Positions 49,670-58,573 are shown, numbered from the stretch's first letter. The stretch: 64,000 nt of DNA from an uncultured Gammaproteobacteria bacterium (GCA_964355955.1 CAYHFQ010000002.1:2338-66337), one strand, 5' to 3'. A program made the numbers and translations. The notes: generated from the letters alone by a model not told the origin.

Positions 49670-50713
49670 TTAAATACGTGATAATCTTTTTAATACATTT
49701 TGATACTTACTGATAAATTCACCAGTCTCATAAGGTTCACCCGAATAGAACATATCCTTATCCACGTTATAATCTTCTGAAAGCTGCAATGCGTTGCGTA
49801 AACTCTTCATGACACCCTTATCTACCTCTTCACCCTGTTTAATTTTGTTTGCAGATAGATGATACGATAAGGTTTGATGCCTTTTAAAAAATTTATTTCC
49901 GTTCGTTATTGTTCTTTCAAAACACTCAGTTTGGTTATTATATATACAATTAAAATTACGTAGAATACGAGTAAGTTTCATTAAAGTTACTGGTCGTTGA
50001 CCTTTTTTCATTATTTTAGCATTTTTTACAATCCAAAGCGCGAGATTATATATCACACCATCCTCACTCAAACCGTTATCGTGTTGAGCGATCTTCATTG
50101 AAATTTGGAATAATTCGTCATCATTACATATTAAAGAAACATGATGTCGGTCAAGAAAAACTAGAAGAGAGACGAGGGCGGATCTCTTATTACCATTATG
50201 GAATGAATGGTTATTTGAGATAGCATACATTAATGCAGCCCCAGATGTTTCTACAGTTGGATATTTGTAATTATATCCAAATGATGTTTGAGGGTGAAAA
50301 ACAGCAGACTCTAACAAGTTAATATTCTTAATACCGTCAGGAGAAATAGGATCCTCTGATAGCGCGGCATCCTTCGCTAATTCAGAGTGAATGGCGATAA
50401 TCTCAGAAGTAGTCAGATAAACAGGCTCGTCTAATCTCTTGCCTATAGTAGAATAATCGAAATACTCTACTTTAGCATTTTTCTTGGCTTCTTTTCGCGT
50501 CAAAGAAATATCTGCAGGATTTACATTAGATATAGTTTTTAGGATAAAAGCTAAATGCTTCTGCCTGATTACACTATTTCGATTAATTAAATAATCAAAC
50601 TTATCACTGCTAGCGCCAAGATCCCAAAGCAATATTAATAGATTATCAGGGTCGATGTTATAATTTCTTGCAATTCGGCCAATTGTTCTTTTTGTCGATT
50701 TCATATTTTGCAT
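49670..50713 (-). CDS. Doc-type Fic protein with extra N- and C-terminal domains
   Basis: HSFHNGNKRSA Doc motif, GIKNINLLESAV; AT-rich; start uncertain (50704-50719). Confidence 0.85.
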   Translation of the reverse strand: MQNMKSTKRTIGRIARNYNIDPDNLLILLWDLGASSDKFDYLINRNSVIRQKHLAFILKTISNVNPADISLTRKEAKKNAKVEYFDYSTIGKRLDEPVYLTTSEIIAIHSELAKDAALSEDPISPDGIKNINLLESAVFHPQTSFGYNYKYPTVETSGAALMYAISNNHSFHNGNKRSALVSLLVFLDRHHVSLICNDDELFQISMKIAQHDNGLSEDGVIYNLALWIVKNAKIMKKGQRPVTLMKLTRILRNFNCIYNNQTECFERTITNGNKFFKRHQTLSYHLSANKIKQGEEVDKGVMKSLRNALQLSEDYNVDKDMFYSGEPYETGEFISKYQNVLKRLSRI

Positions 50714-50720
50714 TCTCAAC

Positions 50721-51071
50721 CTATAACTCCGTATACTTCACCGCACTCCCCTTACTCTTCTCCACCGGATACTTCTCCCCATTCTTCGCCAGTTTGCGTT
50801 CGAAGGCGTCACTCAGGTCAATCCCTAAGTCATGCGTCATGAGGAGTACCCAGTAGAATACGTCCGCCAGTTCGTCCGCCACGTCGGCCTTGTGCTCCGC
50901 GAGGTACTTGGTCAAAGCATCGCCATTCCGCCACTGGAAGTGTTCAAGTACCTCTGTGGCCTCTAGTTGGAGCGAAATAGCGCAGTCCTTGGGATTATGA
51001 AACTGCCGCCAATTCCTAGCGTCGCGAAAGGAGGTGACGAGGGCGGTCAGTTCGGCGATGGATTTAGGCAT
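50721..51071 (-). CDS. MazG-like nucleotide pyrophosphohydrolase (dCTPase type)
   Basis: FRDARNWRQFHNPKD...EATEVLEHFQW...DELADV...N.EKYP. Confidence 0.93.
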   Translation of the reverse strand: MPKSIAELTALVTSFRDARNWRQFHNPKDCAISLQLEATEVLEHFQWRNGDALTKYLAEHKADVADELADVFYWVLLMTHDLGIDLSDAFERKLAKNGEKYPVEKSKGSAVKYTEL

Positions 51072-51085
51072 ATGTTGTGGATAAG

Positions 51086-51114
51086 TTGACTTTTACTCAA
51101 ATATACACTATTCT
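51086..51114 (+). promoter_or_regulatory. Putative sigma70 promoter facing the NYN gene 3' end, next to a DnaA box
   Basis: TTGACT-N17-TATTCT; TGTGGATAA at 51076-51084. Confidence 0.5.
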
Positions 51115-51120
51115 AACACA

Positions 51121-51180
51121 TGTAAGCCCTCGGGTTTGCCCGATTTTGATCAAGATCCGTCCCTCGGGGCGGATCTTTGA
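51121..51180 (+). ncRNA. Candidate ~60-nt two-hairpin small RNA convergent with the NYN gene
   Basis: TCGGG-TTTG-CCCGA and AAGATCCGTCC-CTCG-GGGCGGATCTT; G-U pair favours + strand; upstream promoter. Confidence 0.35.
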
Positions 51181-51181
51181 G

Positions 51182-51781
51182 TTAATGGCCAACTTTTAAA
51201 CGATAGTCCAAATCTTGGGCAAAGATTATTTCATCTAAATATCCCTGCTTTTTAGCGTCAAAAACTTCTCGACCTATATGGTCACGCGCCCCAATTACAA
51301 TACACGATTTTTGATATTCGTCTTTCAAATAGCGTACCGCGTGCATTAAATCCCCATCCCCTGAGAAAAGTACCAATGAATCATAGGAATCACGATACTT
51401 CACTAGGTCGATTGCCATTTCAACATCCAAATCACACTTCTTTTCAAACCCAATCTTATTATCAGAAGAATGGATATATTTAACTCGCTTAGTGACAATT
51501 TCAAATTTATTCCATTTGGCTTTTTCCAAAATCAATCGCGACCATTCAGAAAGTGCTGACGACCTTTCATCTTTGCCAAAATCTGAACCATAGTAAAAAC
51601 GTCTATTCTGTCTATTACCGAGCGAAAAGTGCTTGACCAACTGAGCCAATTTACCAATATCAATATTCCAACCTAGACTATTCTTCCATTTCTCTACATT
51701 ACCAAAATCAACAATAACCATCGTTCGGTCAAGCTTAACTGCATATGTATCGAGATATTTCTTAATCTGTTCCTTATTCAT
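51182..51781 (-). CDS. NYN (LabA/DUF88) PIN-like ribonuclease
   Basis: IVDFGN, KCDLDVEMAID, LFSGDGD. Confidence 0.92.
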   Translation of the reverse strand: MNKEQIKKYLDTYAVKLDRTMVIVDFGNVEKWKNSLGWNIDIGKLAQLVKHFSLGNRQNRRFYYGSDFGKDERSSALSEWSRLILEKAKWNKFEIVTKRVKYIHSSDNKIGFEKKCDLDVEMAIDLVKYRDSYDSLVLFSGDGDLMHAVRYLKDEYQKSCIVIGARDHIGREVFDAKKQGYLDEIIFAQDLDYRLKVGH

Positions 51782-51797
51782 AATCCAGATCCATCTT

Positions 51798-51896
51798 ACA
51801 CCATTTTCGTGATATCACGAAAATGGTGTGTCGGTATGTTCCAATCTGGAACATACCGGGTTTCCCTTTATTTAATGATTTGTTGACGTCAACAAA
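51798..51896. repeat. Cluster of three different palindromes
   Basis: ACACCATTTTCGTGATATCACGAAAATGGTGT (51798-51829, perfect); CGGTATGTTCCA-ATC-TGGAACATACCG (51832-51858); TTTGTTGACGTCAACAAA (51879-51896). Confidence 0.9.
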
Positions 51897-51937
51897 ATGA
51901 TAATTCATTGGTGAATTGATAAAAATGTGCAATAAAT

Positions 51938-52031
51938 AATAAACGTGAAAAACATCAAAATTTAGTCATAATTCACGTTTATCTTGACTATAAACGTGAA
52001 AAATGGTAAAATATCGTCATAATTCACGTTA
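51938..52031 (+). promoter_or_regulatory. Fic gene promoter embedded in a duplicated operator-like unit
   Basis: TTGACT(51984)-N17-TAAAAT(52007); two ~42-bp direct repeats ATAAACGTGAAAAA...GTCATAATTCACGTT. Confidence 0.75.
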
Positions 52032-52041
52032 ATTATTTGCT

Positions 52042-52914
52042 ATGGCTAGGCTCAAGTCGTATCTAAAAGAGATTGATAATTTGCGTAAACGCTATTTTTT
52101 GGCTTTACCAGGCAAAGAATCGCTCGTGAAACTAATTAGTGAAGCTGAGGTTTCGGAGCAAGTTTATAACTCAAATGCTATTGAGAATAGTACGTTAACC
52201 TTGGAAGAGACCGAGAAGATTTTGCTTAAATTGGACCTCGATCGCTACATCAGCGAACGAGAACTATTTGAAGCTAAGAATCTAGCTCAGGTGACTAACT
52301 ACATGGAGATACGGGCTCATGAGCAGCCACTCAATGAGGACGTGGTGCTCCTGCTCCACAAAATGCTGTTAACGAATATTCGTACCGATATCGCCGGACG
52401 GTTCCGAGCGGCAGACGAATGGGTTCGTGTTGGTAGCTATATTGCTGCCAACCCAGCTGAAATTTACGAGCTTCTGGCTAACATGTTTACAGAATATGCC
52501 GCCAATCCGCAGCTGCACATTGTTAAACGTCTAGCTAGGTTCCATTTAACCTTTGAGCATATTCACCCGTTTGTTGACGGCAATGGTCGCATGGGCCGCA
52601 CCATGAATAACTACCTCTTGCTACGTGACGGTTATGTGCCGCTCACTATTCTTTTCGCTACCCGCGAGTTGTATTACCAGGCTTTCAAGGAGTTTGATGC
52701 GACAGGTTCAACGTCGACTATGGAAGATATCATCGGTTTAGCCCTACGAGAAAGTTACCACAAGCGCTTGGCATATCTTGAAGGTAAAAAGATTATTACC
52801 CTCAATGAATATGGGAAGATAAACAATATCACGCTTTCTGCCCTACTCAATAAAGCCGCACGCCAAACTATTGAAGCTTTTCGCGAGAAAGGGACGTGGA
52901 AGATTGGAGTTTAA
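52042..52914 (+). CDS. Fic family protein with putative C-terminal DNA-binding domain
   Basis: YNSNAIENSTL, HPFVDGNGRMGR; C-terminal ITLNEYGK...ALLNKA.RQTIEAFREKG.WKI. Confidence 0.93.
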   Translation: MARLKSYLKEIDNLRKRYFLALPGKESLVKLISEAEVSEQVYNSNAIENSTLTLEETEKILLKLDLDRYISERELFEAKNLAQVTNYMEIRAHEQPLNEDVVLLLHKMLLTNIRTDIAGRFRAADEWVRVGSYIAANPAEIYELLANMFTEYAANPQLHIVKRLARFHLTFEHIHPFVDGNGRMGRTMNNYLLLRDGYVPLTILFATRELYYQAFKEFDATGSTSTMEDIIGLALRESYHKRLAYLEGKKIITLNEYGKINNITLSALLNKAARQTIEAFREKGTWKIGV

Positions 52915-54469
52915 AAGGCAACCTAACCATCTCCTTCTCCCCCTCTTGTTTACGGAGCGCCAACGTCAATCCCTCCCAGTCAAAGAACGGCAAGACAAAC
53001 AACATATACCCCAAGCCGATCGGGTGATTTAGGTACGGCGAGAAGACGTGGGTGATGAAGAGAGCCACTACGCCAGCGTACAGGCCGATGGTGAGCCAAC
53101 GGTGGCCGTGATTGTGATAGGTGAAGTAAAACGCGCGGCTGACGACGACGAAATACCACACGAAGGCGATGAGGCCGAGCAAGCCCATCTTGAGCCAAAT
53201 ATCTTGATAACCCCATTCAAAACGGTAGGTGGTGTATTCGCCCGTTGGGTTGGTAGCGCGGATGCGGGGGTCGTCGGTAATGAAGGTGACGTCGTGACCA
53301 AAGCCACGGCCGAGCATCGGGCTCGCTACAATTTCCTGGTACATCGGGTAAAGCAAGTTCCAACGACTGCTAATGGCAAGCCCTCTGTCATCCGCTTGCG
53401 ACGCTTTATAGAAGGCCGCCTCTTTCAAATTCGGATGTTTCGGAATCGGTGAAACGATAACCGCCCAGAACAACACGGCACCCAAAGCCATCACCAAACC
53501 AACTCGGCCAGCATTCAAAACATATTTACCGACACTCTTCGGTGCATCAAGCAGCGCAAACAAGGCAACGATGCCAGCCCCAGCCATAGCACCTAGCACA
53601 AAGCTGCGGGAAAGACTTGCTATAAACGTGGCCGTACAAAGAATTAACGTCGCCTTAGCAATTAGTGGCATCCTTTCGCTCTTCCAGACGGTGAACCTCG
53701 CAGCGACCAGAGCAAAGATCATGACCATCGGGAAGAAATGGGCTGGCTCGAACACGCGGAAGTACCATGGGCTAGCAGAAGGCAAAAGATTACCAACGAA
53801 CCACTTAGGCCCTGTGAGCAACGTCACCTCGGCAATCCGGGCATCACGCACAAACTCATACACTCCCCGTAGTAATCCTCCTGGCAAATGCGTAAACAGG
53901 AAAACGATCAAGAGCGTATTAACGCAAATAAAAATCGTACTAGCAAACAGCACCTGCAGCAGCTCTCGCTTCTTATTGCTGTCCCAAGCGATCGACAACA
54001 GCGGCAACAAATAAGCAATCGTCACATAACTATTAGCGTCATCAAAGGCTTCGCCGACATTGTTCTGCGCTAAACCGATAATCGCGCCTATACCAACCGC
54101 CAACAACAGCAGCAACCACGGCGTATCGCGGAGTACCATAAACTTCGGCCACGTCTTTGTCCTTATCGACGACGCCAACCAGGCCAACATGACAGCCGCA
54201 AAAATTACCATCCTAATACTCAAACTAAATCCGCCAACGCTGGCATCGATCAAATGCCCATGCCCGCCGACCATAATTTCGGCAAAGGCAATCAGCAATC
54301 CGTTAATCGGATTCTTATATGCCATTACCGCTGTCGCCACAAAAATGACACCCAGCGCTATCAACGACGGAATTTGCTGATGTTGAATAGGAATCGCCAC
54401 CAGTGTCAGCAAAGTCAACGCCGCCAACACTATCCCTGCTGTTTTTCCTACAAATTGCTTGTTAAACAT
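52868..54469 (-). CDS. O-antigen ligase/polymerase-like membrane protein
   Basis: About 12 TM; SLSRSF.LG, SR..L...P.LG.GFG; within glycosyltransferase cluster. Confidence 0.75.
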   Translation of the reverse strand: MFNKQFVGKTAGIVLAALTLLTLVAIPIQHQQIPSLIALGVIFVATAVMAYKNPINGLLIAFAEIMVGGHGHLIDASVGGFSLSIRMVIFAAVMLAWLASSIRTKTWPKFMVLRDTPWLLLLLAVGIGAIIGLAQNNVGEAFDDANSYVTIAYLLPLLSIAWDSNKKRELLQVLFASTIFICVNTLLIVFLFTHLPGGLLRGVYEFVRDARIAEVTLLTGPKWFVGNLLPSASPWYFRVFEPAHFFPMVMIFALVAARFTVWKSERMPLIAKATLILCTATFIASLSRSFVLGAMAGAGIVALFALLDAPKSVGKYVLNAGRVGLVMALGAVLFWAVIVSPIPKHPNLKEAAFYKASQADDRGLAISSRWNLLYPMYQEIVASPMLGRGFGHDVTFITDDPRIRATNPTGEYTTYRFEWGYQDIWLKMGLLGLIAFVWYFVVVSRAFYFTYHNHGHRWLTIGLYAGVVALFITHVFSPYLNHPIGLGYMLFVLPFFDWEGLTLALRKQEGEKEMVRLPFKLQSSTSLSREKLQ

Positions 54470-54477
54470 ATTTTCGA

Positions 54478-55332
54478 CTAACCTCGTTTAATAATCGCCG
54501 CGCCATATGCCAAAACAATGAACACTGGCGCTAGTACCCACAACATAAGTGCCGAGCCAACACCGTGATGCTTGGCGAAATACTTGCGCATACTCTCCCG
54601 CACCCATTTTTGCTTCCTAATCGTCGCCAACTGGTCGAACGTATGGCCCTTATGATGCACAATCTCCACGTCGGCATAATGTCGTATTTTGAAGCCAGCG
54701 TCGTGCGCCATCTTGCAATAATCCACCTCCTCAAACCAAATGAAATAACGCTCGTCAAACAAACCAATTTTATCGATAACTTCCTTACGAATCATCATGA
54801 ACGCCCCCATGATCGAGTCGACATCTTGCGTCTTCAAGGCGTCGACGTCACGCATCATGTAATCATCAATGCTCCGTACTCGACGAATGAAGTGCGGCAC
54901 TTTAAGCATTATCAGCAACTGGTCGATCATCTTCGGGAAGCGACGAATACTGTCTTGCAACTCACCGTTCGGATAGCGAATAATACAACTCCCAATCCCC
55001 ACCTCCGCATCCCTATCCATATGCTGCACCATTTTTTCGATGGCATCTGCGGGAATGACAGTATCAGGATTGAGGAGAAGCACATATCTCCCCTTGGCCA
55101 ACTTCATTCCCTGATTCACTGCTGCCGCGAACCCTCGGTTCTCCTCGTTGGACTTATAGGTCACATCGGTCAAGTATTCTTTAACGAGTTTTTCTGTAGC
55201 TGCATTAGCTGCATTATCAATTACAATCACTTCGCGGTCTACGCCAGTCGAGGCTTGTACAGCCGCCAAGCACGCCGTCAAAACAGCTGGAGCTTCCTTA
55301 TACGTCAGGATTACGATGGAGACGTCGGTCAT
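54478..55332 (-). CDS. GT2 glycosyltransferase (rhamnosyltransferase-like)
   Basis: VIDN, NRGFAAAVNQG, LLNPD, FDERYFIWFEEVD. Confidence 0.93.
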   Translation of the reverse strand: MTDVSIVILTYKEAPAVLTACLAAVQASTGVDREVIVIDNAANAATEKLVKEYLTDVTYKSNEENRGFAAAVNQGMKLAKGRYVLLLNPDTVIPADAIEKMVQHMDRDAEVGIGSCIIRYPNGELQDSIRRFPKMIDQLLIMLKVPHFIRRVRSIDDYMMRDVDALKTQDVDSIMGAFMMIRKEVIDKIGLFDERYFIWFEEVDYCKMAHDAGFKIRHYADVEIVHHKGHTFDQLATIRKQKWVRESMRKYFAKHHGVGSALMLWVLAPVFIVLAYGAAIIKRG

Positions 55333-56042
55333 ACAAGATGATGTTTTTTAACCATGATTTCACGAGCCGCTTCGTACTTACTCACCCTCGCTGGCTTCCA
55401 CGGCAACCAACGCCACGGCAATTGATACACGAACGACGGCAACCAACTGCTCCCAATGCGTGACGGCCCGTCGATAGTAACGTCAAACCACACACCCGGC
55501 ACCAACACACCTTCAAAGCCCCGTTCGAGCATAGTCAACCACACATCCCAATCCTGAAAGCGTTTAATGGTTTCATCGAACCCCGGAAAGACGCTGTGCT
55601 TCACTAAACAAGTGGTATGCACAAAATTCACCCGCTTTAAACGATTGGCGCTGAACGGCAGACCACGGAAGATCTTCCAACCAAAACGGAAACCGGTGTA
55701 GGCGTAACCAACATTTTTCGGCGCCGACTCAAGTGTCGCGAAACATTTGGTTAGCATGCCTTTTTTGAGGACGACGTCCGCATCCGCAAACATAAGATAC
55801 TTACCAGTCGCCGCATAGAGTCCCCTATTCCTGGCTGGATTAGAGCCTTTATTCTCCTGGTGGATCACTGTCACTTTATTCGCATATTTTTTGAGCACCT
55901 CGGCCGTATTGTCCGTGCTCCCATCGTCGACCACGATCACCTCAATACCGACTCCCGCCTGCGCCAAAATCGAATCCAAGCAAGCCGGCAAAGTTGCGGC
56001 ATGCTGGTAAGTTGGCACGATGACGGAAATAAGTGGCTTCAT
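55329..56042 (-). CDS. GT2 glycosyltransferase
   Basis: ISVIVPTY, VDDGSTD, ARNRG, FADAD, QDWD. Confidence 0.93.
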   Translation of the reverse strand: MKPLISVIVPTYQHAATLPACLDSILAQAGVGIEVIVVDDGSTDNTAEVLKKYANKVTVIHQENKGSNPARNRGLYAATGKYLMFADADVVLKKGMLTKCFATLESAPKNVGYAYTGFRFGWKIFRGLPFSANRLKRVNFVHTTCLVKHSVFPGFDETIKRFQDWDVWLTMLERGFEGVLVPGVWFDVTIDGPSRIGSSWLPSFVYQLPWRWLPWKPARVSKYEAAREIMVKKHHLV

Positions 56043-56043
56043 A

Positions 56044-57141
56044 CTAGCTCAGTAATTCATCTAACTTCGACATCTGCGCCAACCTTGTAAACTCGGCGAG
56101 CACGCGTTCCCTCCCCTTCTGTCCTTGCTCTCGTCCGAGCCTATCATCGTTCATGTAGCCCTCGATGGCCTTCGTTAAGTCTGCCACCGAGCCGTCGATG
56201 AGTTTCCCCGTCACACCGTCGACCACCGCCTCATCAACTCCTGGCGTGTTATTCGCCACCACCGGCAAGCCGAACAACCCAGCCTCCAGATAAACTATGC
56301 CGAAGCCTTCGCGATCCGTAGCCGACTTCTTAGCCGGCATGACGAACAGGTCGGCGTCACGGTAGAACTGAGCCAGCGCCGCATTCTCGATGATACTGTG
56401 CACAGTTACACGATTACGCAAACCAAGTTCCGCAATCTTCTCCTCGATGATTTTACGGTATGGCCCGTCGCCGATGATATCGTACGTAACCCCAGGCAAG
56501 TTCTTGATAGCTTCGAGGACTAGCAAATGGCCCTTACGCTCTACCAGCCTAGCCACCGTCAACAGCCGCAATCCAGTTCTTGCCTCACCTACTACCGAGT
56601 CCGAGCCTGGCTTCTCATTAGTTTTCTCTTCCCTCACCTCATCGATTGCAATTCCCTCCGTCTTTGCGAGCTCGGTGAAGCAATCTTCTGCACTCTTAAC
56701 CATCTCATCCGCCACGCACGGATACACCACCAACGGCGTAACACCCGGCACAAAAGTCGATACTTCGTCGGCCAACGCTTGCGAGTTCGTCACCACCTTT
56801 TTAGCGAGCCTTAGAATTCTCTTCGTTAATTCCCTTCTGATGAAGCCCTGTCGCGCTAAGTCAAAATCAAGTCCGTGCAAAAATATCACGTACGGTTTAC
56901 CACCCAACAACTTCGCCGCCAACGCCGCTGTCCCAAACGGCAAAACATGATGAATCCATAATTGATCGTAATCTTCACGTCTCTGCCAATATAACGAAAA
57001 TAGCTCATTATAACTCGGCATGACATCAAACGCCGCTATCTCAACATTCCCCGGAAACGTCTTGACGATACCCTCAATATAACGGGCCACGCCACCCTTG
57101 AACCCCGGCGCCTCAATTGTCGGCAAGAGAATGCGAGCCAT
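56044..57141 (-). CDS. GT4 glycosyltransferase
   Basis: GGVARY, HGLD, VARLVERKG, EGFGIVYLEA. Confidence 0.93.
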   Translation of the reverse strand: MARILLPTIEAPGFKGGVARYIEGIVKTFPGNVEIAAFDVMPSYNELFSLYWQRREDYDQLWIHHVLPFGTAALAAKLLGGKPYVIFLHGLDFDLARQGFIRRELTKRILRLAKKVVTNSQALADEVSTFVPGVTPLVVYPCVADEMVKSAEDCFTELAKTEGIAIDEVREEKTNEKPGSDSVVGEARTGLRLLTVARLVERKGHLLVLEAIKNLPGVTYDIIGDGPYRKIIEEKIAELGLRNRVTVHSIIENAALAQFYRDADLFVMPAKKSATDREGFGIVYLEAGLFGLPVVANNTPGVDEAVVDGVTGKLIDGSVADLTKAIEGYMNDDRLGREQGQKGRERVLAEFTRLAQMSKLDELLS

Positions 57142-57142
57142 A

Positions 57143-58573
57143 TTAGCGTCGACGAAGAATCTGGCGGAAGGAATGAAGGTGGTCAACGGTGAAGGCACGG
57201 CTGGCAAAGATACAGACGACGTAAACGAGGCCCCCGATTATCATGGAAGCGACGAATGGGACGTGTGATTTGACCGCGAACACGACAAGCGCCATGACCA
57301 GGCCGGACAAATAGAAACCCCCCACGCTCTTAATAAGCTCGACAAACTTGAGTGAAGCAATTGGGGCGGCGAAATACCAGCCCGCCGCAAACATGAAGAT
57401 GAAAGAAATGAGGGCGGCTACACAAGCGCCAGCAATGCCAAGGATTGGAATCAGTATGAGATTAGCCATTACGTTGATAACCATGACGCTACCCATAATG
57501 GCAGTTTTGATATGTTGGCGACGCGTGGCGTTGAGCAGTGAACCAATCGGGAAGTCGAGGAAAATTGGTAAAAGTACAAAGATTAGAATCGACAACGGCA
57601 CGGCGGCACTAGCGTAGTCATGGTTAAAATAACTAATAATTTCTGGGGCTAGCGACCAAATACCAAAAACAATCGGCGCTGCCAATAACGAGACGTACCA
57701 CTCGGCGTCAAGAAAAATCTTTTTGAGGTCCGCAGGTTTATCCGCTGCCGCACTCATAGTTGGATACAACGCACCAATAAAGGCTAAAGGCAGGAACTGA
57801 AAGGCATACGTCAGCTTGTAGGCCACGCCGTAAACACCAACGGCTGCCTGACCAAGAATGGCGTTAAGTACAAAACTATCAAAGTAAGAATAGATCTTGA
57901 CGAAGACGGCGGCCAGGAAGAACGGAAAAGCCATGCGGAGGAGGACCGTGTCGAAAGAAACTTTCGGCAAGAGCGACTTGAGGCCAAGGCGACGAGTAAC
58001 TTGGTAGGCCGAGAAGCAGAGGTTAAAAGTGCTACCAAGCGTCAATGCTAAAACGAGTGTTGGCAAGGTGGCGGTGTGAGTGACAATGAGAATAAGGCCG
58101 AGCACCGTCGACAACAACTGGCCAGAAAAGATGCCAAGCGACTCATAAGCCAAGTTCTGCATGCCACGCAAAACGCTGTAGAAAGTTAGCGACAAAGTGT
58201 CGGCGATCATGATACCCAGTGCTAGCAAGACGAGCATCTGTACTTGCTCCGTATAGCCAACTACAGCCGGTAAAATGAAAGCGATGATGATGGAGAATGG
58301 GATGGTGAAAAGCTTGAAGCCGAGGATGCTGCGTAACCAACGAGTAGCGTCTCCCGGTGTTCGCGCCACTTCGCGGGTCAGTACAGAGGTCAAACCAATA
58401 TCGTCGAGCACACCAATCGTCGTCACCATGCCAAGCGCCAAAAAGTACGCGCCGTTCCCGGAACTGCCCAAATAATTGGCCAGAATAGCAAAATAGGCAA
58501 AAGCTATACACTTCTGCCCAATGCTCGCCGCCGTCAAAAACAGGGTATTTTTAGCTAATTTGCTGGTGGTCAT
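57143..58573 (-). CDS. Wzx-type oligosaccharide flippase (MOP family)
   Basis: LAKNT...ANYLG...G.Y; D.G...LTRE; VGVYGVAYK; LIP.LGI.GA. Confidence 0.9.
   Translation of the reverse strand: MTTSKLAKNTLFLTAASIGQKCIAFAYFAILANYLGSSGNGAYFLALGMVTTIGVLDDIGLTSVLTREVARTPGDATRWLRSILGFKLFTIPFSIIIAFILPAVVGYTEQVQMLVLLALGIMIADTLSLTFYSVLRGMQNLAYESLGIFSGQLLSTVLGLILIVTHTATLPTLVLALTLGSTFNLCFSAYQVTRRLGLKSLLPKVSFDTVLLRMAFPFFLAAVFVKIYSYFDSFVLNAILGQAAVGVYGVAYKLTYAFQFLPLAFIGALYPTMSAAADKPADLKKIFLDAEWYVSLLAAPIVFGIWSLAPEIISYFNHDYASAAVPLSILIFVLLPIFLDFPIGSLLNATRRQHIKTAIMGSVMVINVMANLILIPILGIAGACVAALISFIFMFAAGWYFAAPIASLKFVELIKSVGGFYLSGLVMALVVFAVKSHVPFVASMIIGGLVYVVCIFASRAFTVDHLHSFRQILRRR

Noticed and set aside
51076-51084. 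Replication origin suggested by DnaA boxes (also 25534-25542 and a near match at 6278-6286)
   Set aside because: Boxes are isolated, not clustered, and dnaA/dnaN are absent from the window
51798-52031. CRISPR array
   Set aside because: Palindromes differ from each other, only one two-copy direct repeat, and no cas operon; DUF2779 is only Cas4-like
37322-52914. Prophage or integrative element
   Set aside because: No structural, integrase, relaxase or transposase genes and no att repeats seen
54565-55341. Long antisense or alternate-frame ORFs (e.g. 54565-55341, 16460-17191, 56390-56950)
   Set aside because: Shadows of well-supported genes with no recognisable motifs
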